A stretch of DNA of 32,000 nt from Acaryochloris marina MBIC11017 (lineage in GTDB: Bacteria; Cyanobacteriota; Cyanobacteriia; Thermosynechococcales; Thermosynechococcaceae): positions 1,890,001 through 1,922,000 of the forward strand of contig NC_009925.1 of assembly GCF_000018105.1 (NCBI RefSeq), read 5' to 3'. The position numbers and the translations under genes are program-made. Shown piece after piece: positions 27,251 through 32,000 of this stretch (positions are counted from its first letter, which is position 1; each line of letters begins with the position of its first letter). The notes under the pieces were generated by a model. It did no database searches. It was not told where the DNA came from and saw only the letters and a program-made list of their open reading frames with translations.

Positions 27251-27859
27251 TCAGACAAACCAGCTGACAATGGTGAATCGTTCACCATGGGTGACGGGTT
27301 TAACTTCATGCCAGAGATCGGAACGGAAAGCGATCAGCTGGCCTTGTTCCGGTTCTAAGGGAAAGCCATAGTTTTGACCACGAGCATCATTGAGTAACCC
27401 ATAGAGCGCTAAGGCTCCCCCCCCAAAGGTCTGAGGACTAGGCTCAGCGGACATGCCGTTGAGAAAAATAATTAAAGACACTAATCGATTTTTTTCAAAC
27501 TTGGAGCCCGGTAGGCTCGGATCGATCACATCTCGATGCAGGCCAAAAAAGTCGCCCACTTGATAGCGGTAGCAGGAGGGAGGTTCAAGGGCATGGAGTT
27601 GAACCTCAAAATGAGTTTCTAATCGCGGTTTGATGGCAATTAAGCGCTCACGAATCCCCTTGATCGTGGTTGGGCTGATTTGCAACTGGCCTGTTTTCCG
27701 TCGACTATCGTCGGTCACAGCCTCCCCGTATCGGGTGAGACGAGCAGGCTCACAGGGGCAGGTCTGTGCTTCCGTGAGGTAGGACTCACAGAATTGTGGA
27801 TCTAAGAAGCCAGGGTCTACAAATACCCCCAAGCGTTCAAAAAAAGCAGCGCTAGGCAT
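27251..27859 (-). CDS. Prolyl-4-hydroxylase-like Fe(II)/2OG oxygenase (2OG-FeII_Oxy_3 type)
   Basis: 202-aa ORF with YQVGDFFGLHRDV (HxD), SLIIFLN...GGALAL, LIAFRSDLWHEVKPV (distal His) and GERFTIVSWF (2OG-binding Arg). Confidence 0.75.
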   Translation of the reverse strand: MPSAAFFERLGVFVDPGFLDPQFCESYLTEAQTCPCEPARLTRYGEAVTDDSRRKTGQLQISPTTIKGIRERLIAIKPRLETHFEVQLHALEPPSCYRYQVGDFFGLHRDVIDPSLPGSKFEKNRLVSLIIFLNGMSAEPSPQTFGGGALALYGLLNDARGQNYGFPLEPEQGQLIAFRSDLWHEVKPVTHGERFTIVSWFV

Positions 27860-27929
27860 TGCTCCGAACCTTTTATTCAGTGATAAAAAAATATTTAATA
27901 TTCTAGGTCAAGTCCCCAGAGGATGGGAC

Positions 27930-28388
27930 TTAGATCTTGGACTCAAACGATGGCATCGGCGTAAAGCGAGATAAGTCCTTCACAAAACCCATGATCACTT
28001 GCCCTTGTAGTTCAACCCAGGCATGGGCTTCAAGGGAATGATCCTCTGCTTTCGCGACCCCAATTTTTAGCTCGGGTTCATAGCCTCGTCGGCAAATTAA
28101 GACTTGCGTAACGAGGGCTCGGGCTAAACATTTCACGTGTCCTGGCATAAATCGGCTACTAGTGTTCACTGCCCAGATCACTTTTCCGACAGTTCTACGA
28201 CTAATCTTTCTGAGGGTAGGGGTTTGATAGTAGGCAGGGGGGTTGTGAAAATTGGCCAGCCATTTCTGCAGGATTTTGAAAGGCAGCAACCACAATCCCA
28301 ATCGAACCAAACCCAACAAAACGTAGGTTTTGATCAAGAGAGTGCGATCGCAACTTTGCAACCGCAAAAATTTAAGCAGTGGCGACAT
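27930..28388 (-). CDS. Lasso-peptide leader peptidase B2 (transglutaminase-like Cys protease)
   Basis: Motifs HVKCLARALVTQVLICRRGYEPELKIGV (catalytic Cys) and LEAHAWVELQGQVI (His). The ATG at 28388 is preferred over TTG at 28400. It overlaps the B1 stop by 17 nt. Confidence 0.85.
   Translation of the reverse strand: MSPLLKFLRLQSCDRTLLIKTYVLLGLVRLGLWLLPFKILQKWLANFHNPPAYYQTPTLRKISRRTVGKVIWAVNTSSRFMPGHVKCLARALVTQVLICRRGYEPELKIGVAKAEDHSLEAHAWVELQGQVIMGFVKDLSRFTPMPSFESKI
28344..28351. repeat. HIP1 octamer GCGATCGC
   Basis: Exact match read in the sequence, inside the lasso cluster. Confidence 0.95.
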
Positions 28389-28677
28389 CTTTGATCTCAA
28401 TCAAATCTGATTCAACCAGTTCATTCAGCAACCTGAGGACATCCTGTTCACACTGGTCCGACTCAACTTCGTACTGGTCCAGAATTTGGTCGCAGATGTC
28501 TTTAACCGATCGAGGTTGCTGAAGTAAATTCCAAATACTTGCACCCACTTCATTCAAACCGAAGTACATTCCTGTCTTCAGGTTGAGAATTACTGATTCC
28601 CCTGCTAAGTCAGATGAGACTTGCTCTGGGGTCGCAACAACCGTTGTATTCGTTGAAATAGTGGTAGTCAAACTCAT
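28372..28677 (-). CDS. Lasso-peptide B1 protein (PqqD-like RiPP recognition element)
   Basis: 101-aa ORF with LAGESVILNLKTGMYFGLNEVGASIWNLL...ICDQILDQYEV....CEQDVLRLLNELVESDLI, the PqqD-family pattern. Confidence 0.85.
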   Translation of the reverse strand: MSLTTTISTNTTVVATPEQVSSDLAGESVILNLKTGMYFGLNEVGASIWNLLQQPRSVKDICDQILDQYEVESDQCEQDVLRLLNELVESDLIEIKDVATA

Positions 28678-28865
28678 AACCCTTTAAAACACTCAAATAA
28701 TGCAGATTTCGTATAAGCTAGCACAGATATTTTATATTTATCCGTAGGAATTAAAACATTTAAAGATTTCCCTGAGCGGAATTGTAGCCCTGTTTTTCGC
28801 TAGGTAGCCTGGATCTATTTTAAGCGGCATTGATGATACCATTAGCCAGACTGTATTTCCGCGAC

Positions 28866-30092
28866 TTACGGATTAGGATCACAGAATTTTTCAACGCAGC
28901 GCACAAAAATCTCCACACCCATAGCTAAGGCAGTCTCATCAAAATCGAACTGGGGATGGTGATGGGGATAGGCTAAGCCTCGATCGGCGTTGGCTGAGCC
29001 TAAAAAGAAGTAACAGCCTGGCACTTCTTGTAAAAAGAAGGACATGTCTTCTCCACCCATGGTTTGGCAATTGGGAACAACGCCTGTCGGTGTTTCAATA
29101 ACTTCAGTACTGACGGAGCGAATCAAATCTGAGATCGCAGCATCGTTAATCACCGGTGGATACAGCCGCCAATAGTTGAGGTCGTAGGTGGCTCCCCAGC
29201 TTTGGCAAATCCCTGTGAGAATATCCTGCATCCGTGGCTCAATCAGATGGGCCAATTCCGGGTCAAAGTAGCGCACCGTGCCGCTCATAAAGCTGGAGTC
29301 GGCAATCACATTAGATGCCGTGCCCGCATGGAGTTGCCCGATGGTCACCACTGCGGAATTAAGGGGATTGACATGGCGAGCCACAATCGCTTGCAGGGCA
29401 TTAACGATTTGAGCACTAATCACCACTGCATCAGTGGTTTGATGGGGCATAGCTCCATGGCCCCCCTTGCCCTGAATCTTGCATTCAAATAAATCCACGG
29501 CAGCCATCAGTGGACCCGATTTTATGCCCACCGTACCGAGGGGAAGGTTATTCCATAAGTGGAGGCCAATAATGGCGTCCACTTGTGGGTTTTGCAGAAC
29601 CCCTGCTTCAATCATGGGCTTGGCCCCACCGGGAGACTCTTCCGCAGGCTGGAAAATGATCTTGACCGTACCGGCAAAGTCCTGGCGATGCTGAGATAAG
29701 TAGCGAGCGGTTCCTAGGGCAATGGCCGTATGCCCATCATGACCACAGGCATGCATCACTCCATCATGGCGTGACCGATAGGAAACCGTATTCTCTTCCT
29801 GAATGGGTAAGGCATCCATATCTGCCCGAATGGCTAACACTGGCCCCGGTTGCTCTCCAATGATGGTAGCCATAATGCCCGTTTCAGCAATGGCAGTTTG
29901 ATGCTCAATGCCCCATTCTGTTAAGCGTTGGGCTACAAATTCAGCAGTGAGATGTTCTTTGAATCCAAGTTCTGGATATTGATGCAGATGCCGCCGCCAA
30001 GACACCAAGTCTAGGTGCTGGATATCTGGACGAATAGTGGTGGCAGCATGAGAAGGCGAAGAAACCATAATGCTCTTACTCAAGCAAGACAA
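28866..30092 (-). CDS. M20D-family amidohydrolase (N-acyl-amino-acid amidohydrolase / hippurate-hydrolase-like)
   Basis: 408-aa ORF with WRRHLHQYPELGFKE, MHACGHDGH and IIFQPAEE. The listed start is TTG; an alternative ATG is at 30068. Confidence 0.8.
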   Translation of the reverse strand: MSCLSKSIMVSSPSHAATTIRPDIQHLDLVSWRRHLHQYPELGFKEHLTAEFVAQRLTEWGIEHQTAIAETGIMATIIGEQPGPVLAIRADMDALPIQEENTVSYRSRHDGVMHACGHDGHTAIALGTARYLSQHRQDFAGTVKIIFQPAEESPGGAKPMIEAGVLQNPQVDAIIGLHLWNNLPLGTVGIKSGPLMAAVDLFECKIQGKGGHGAMPHQTTDAVVISAQIVNALQAIVARHVNPLNSAVVTIGQLHAGTASNVIADSSFMSGTVRYFDPELAHLIEPRMQDILTGICQSWGATYDLNYWRLYPPVINDAAISDLIRSVSTEVIETPTGVVPNCQTMGGEDMSFFLQEVPGCYFFLGSANADRGLAYPHHHPQFDFDETALAMGVEIFVRCVEKFCDPNP

Positions 30093-30231
30093 GGATTGAT
30101 TACCTTTTTAGAATACAATTCCCAGATTTTTCACAAACAGTCAGCAAAATGTTACGTAGCAGTCTGACAGAGAATCCTAGTTGGAAAACAATATCGATAG
30201 TCTCAGTCATCGACGAAGGACAGAATCACGT

Positions 30232-31134
30232 ATGAGTCTAGAACGCAACAATTCCTTGAAAAATAGCGCAACGCTTCCAAAAGTACTTTTACACGTCGGT
30301 CGTCATAAGTCTGGTACGTCTGCCATACAAGCTTTTCTAGCGCTCAATGACGAGCTGCTTGCAGAAGAATATGGTGTACTTTATCCGCAAATCGGACGAG
30401 ATCCAAAAGGCAACTACCATCACCCTCTATTTCGTCCTTTGGTTGAGAATATGGTGCCTTTGGATCAAGCTAAACTCCACAAGATTCAACAAGAAGCACA
30501 GGATCGAAATTGTCACACTATCTTGTTGTCTTCAGAAATGCTAAGTCGGATCAAATTATCGGAAGATCACCTGAAAGGCGTCCGAGATGCATTTCAAGGC
30601 CATGAAATACGCGTCATTCTGTACTTTCGCCAACAAGATTCTTTCTTGAGATCAACCTATGCCCATCGGATCAAGATTGGTTTTGTCGCAGCTCCGACAA
30701 AAATTCAAGATTTAGATCCAGCAATGGATTACTTTGAATTTGCGAACCGTTACGCATCCATTTTTGGTAAGCATGCTTTAACGATAAGAAGCTATGACGA
30801 AGATACAGCTAAAGGCTTATTTGAAAGCTTTCTGTCAATTATGGATATACCCTTATCGGACGCTTTTTCACGCCCAACCTCTCGTGTCAACCAGCGGTTA
30901 CCGTGGCGTTATATTGAGTTGATTCGGCACGCAAATCGCTGGCCATGGACCCGCAAGCTGGCCATGCATCGGTATGTCCATCGCACTGCAATCAACCTTT
31001 TGCGTCAATTCCCCGACTTTATGGATAGCCCCGAACCCCTCTCGCCAGAACAAGGTCATCAGATTGTCATAAGCCAACAAACAAGTAATAACCAGCTCGC
31101 CCGTGAATTTCTGAATAGAGAGAGCCTATTTTAA
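30232..31134 (+). CDS. Sulfotransferase-like protein (tentative)
   Basis: The only clear plus-strand gene. LLHVGRHKSGTSAIQ resembles the PAPS 5'-phosphosulfate-binding loop (K-x-G-T-[ST]), followed by ILLSSEML. The ATG at 30232 is preferred to TTG at 30181. The call rests on motif memory only. Confidence 0.4.
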   Translation: MSLERNNSLKNSATLPKVLLHVGRHKSGTSAIQAFLALNDELLAEEYGVLYPQIGRDPKGNYHHPLFRPLVENMVPLDQAKLHKIQQEAQDRNCHTILLSSEMLSRIKLSEDHLKGVRDAFQGHEIRVILYFRQQDSFLRSTYAHRIKIGFVAAPTKIQDLDPAMDYFEFANRYASIFGKHALTIRSYDEDTAKGLFESFLSIMDIPLSDAFSRPTSRVNQRLPWRYIELIRHANRWPWTRKLAMHRYVHRTAINLLRQFPDFMDSPEPLSPEQGHQIVISQQTSNNQLAREFLNRESLF

Positions 31135-31307
31135 TCAGATACTGCATCACCCAACATAATGCCGTTTCTAAGGCTTTCCTGATATGCCCCAAACAAGCCA
31201 GCCTAGCCTTGAACTAGCTAAACCTCTAAGTCGGGCTCCATAGAAAGGCAATCTGCTTGAATTTACTTGCACGGATTCCTTGGCAACTCATTCCACACAC
31301 TCTTCTA

Positions 31308-31348
31308 CTGCTATGCATTGCAAAGATCAAGTTTGCAATGCATAGCAG
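31308..31348. repeat. Perfect 17-bp inverted repeat with 7-nt loop between convergent genes (possible bidirectional terminator or protein-binding palindrome)
   Basis: CTGCTATGCATTGCAAA (31308-31324), gatcaag, TTTGCAATGCATAGCAG (31332-31348). The arms are exact reverse complements. Neither side has a flanking U-tract. Confidence 0.6.
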
Positions 31349-31411
31349 CAAGGACTTGTGAGCAATCCTAATATTGCATCTTTGATTCTGTAATCCTGAA
31401 AAAGGTAACTT

Positions 31412-32000
31412 TTAGATTGCAGCATAGAGCTGATCTGCCAGGGTGACAATCTCTTCCTTCATGGTTAGCCTTTCTAGCCAATAGCGTGGAATACCTTGGA
31501 CTCCGTAGAATGCACCTGCCAATTGACCACAGATTGCAGCCGTAGTATCCGCATCATCTCCAAGATTAGTGGCTTTCAGAACCGCCTGTTCAAAGGTCTC
31601 TGAGGTCCAGAAGCACCATAGAGCAGCCTCTAGACTTTTGACGACATAGCCTGAACCGCGAATCTCCGTGACTGTTTTATGTTTAAATTCTCCCTTAGCG
31701 ATAGCTCGTATCGAAGGAGAAGTTAACCGGTCTAACTGATTTTTTTCAAGGATTTCAGTTTTATTAGCCCCCGATAAAGCGTGAAAAAGCATCTCGCCAA
31801 ACAAGCGACTGGCCTCAACACATTCCGTCGCCCCGTGCGTGGTGCGCGAACTTTCGCCAGAAAAATACACGGTGCGATCGCGATCTGGGTGACAGAACAT
31901 GGGAACCGGGGCTAACCGCATCAAGCAGCCATTTCCAGACGATTTGGGATGTGTAGAACCACTAAACGGGTTCCCCGTCTTCTTGTATTGGTTTAAAGCT
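31412..32000 (-). CDS. ADP-ribosylglycohydrolase family protein, 5' end beyond the right window edge
   Basis: C-terminal motif GDDADTTAAICGQLAGAFYG. The frame stays open upstream of the listed start to position 32000 (..GNGCLMRLAPVPMF, a typical family motif), so the gene is truncated by the window. Confidence 0.8.
   Translation of the reverse strand, partial: ALNQYKKTGNPFSGSTHPKSSGNGCLMRLAPVPMFCHPDRDRTVYFSGESSRTTHGATECVEASRLFGEMLFHALSGANKTEILEKNQLDRLTSPSIRAIAKGEFKHKTVTEIRGSGYVVKSLEAALWCFWTSETFEQAVLKATNLGDDADTTAAICGQLAGAFYGVQGIPRYWLERLTMKEEIVTLADQLYAAI
31874..31881. repeat. HIP1 octamer GCGATCGC
   Basis: Exact match read in the sequence. Confidence 0.95.

Noticed and set aside
28866-30092. 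M20 amidohydrolase as a member of the lasso cluster (for example a lasso isopeptidase or leader peptidase)
   Set aside because: Known lasso isopeptidases are prolyl-oligopeptidase-like serine hydrolases, not M20 metallopeptidases. The gene is separated from B1 by a 188-bp AT-rich spacer that probably holds the cluster promoter. Such amidohydrolases are common housekeeping genes. Membership cannot be excluded without comparative genomics.
1-32000. Search by eye for CRISPR arrays, tRNA/rRNA genes and toxin-antitoxin or defence-system gene pairs
   Set aside because: There are no regularly spaced direct repeats, no cloverleaf-like or rRNA-like conserved segments, and no small bicistronic pairs. 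Intergenic spacers are short apart from those discussed.

Overview
Cyanobacterial-type chromosomal DNA: the HIP1 octamer GCGATCGC occurs 7 times, and almost every gene is on the minus strand. (i) 1-18.7 kb is a Wzx/Wzy/Wzc-type exopolysaccharide or O-antigen locus. It holds five GT4 glycosyltransferase genes (one truncated at an IS junction) plus an orphan GT 3' fragment, five SAM methyltransferases, and two tandem divergent Wzy-like paralogs in an AT-rich stretch, one with an in-frame TAG. It also holds a Wzx-type flippase, a Wzc/GumC-type co-polymerase/tyrosine kinase, and an IS630-family element whose transposase is split by a +1 frameshift. (ii) 19.1-28.7 kb is the most interesting part, a lasso-peptide biosynthetic gene cluster. 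In transcription order it reads B1 (PqqD-like), B2 (transglutaminase-like protease), P4H-like 2OG oxygenase, GT-A glycosyltransferase, HPr-kinase-like kinase, JmjC/cupin 2OG oxygenase, C (Asn-synthetase-like cyclase), precursor A2, precursor A1, ABC exporter. The two 46-aa precursor genes are too short for the supplied ORF track and were found by hand translation. They carry the YxxPxLxxxGxxxxxTx lasso leader motif, a predicted 25-aa core beginning with Asn with Asp at position 9, and a C-terminal Ser. That matches the paeninodin-type, kinase-associated class but with three extra tailoring enzymes. (iii) 28.9-32 kb holds an M20 amidohydrolase, a plus-strand sulfotransferase-like gene, a perfect 17-bp palindrome between convergent genes, and a partial ADP-ribosylglycohydrolase. 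No rRNA, tRNA or CRISPR array was recognised. Novelty cannot be verified without database searches. All functional calls rest on motif recognition by eye.
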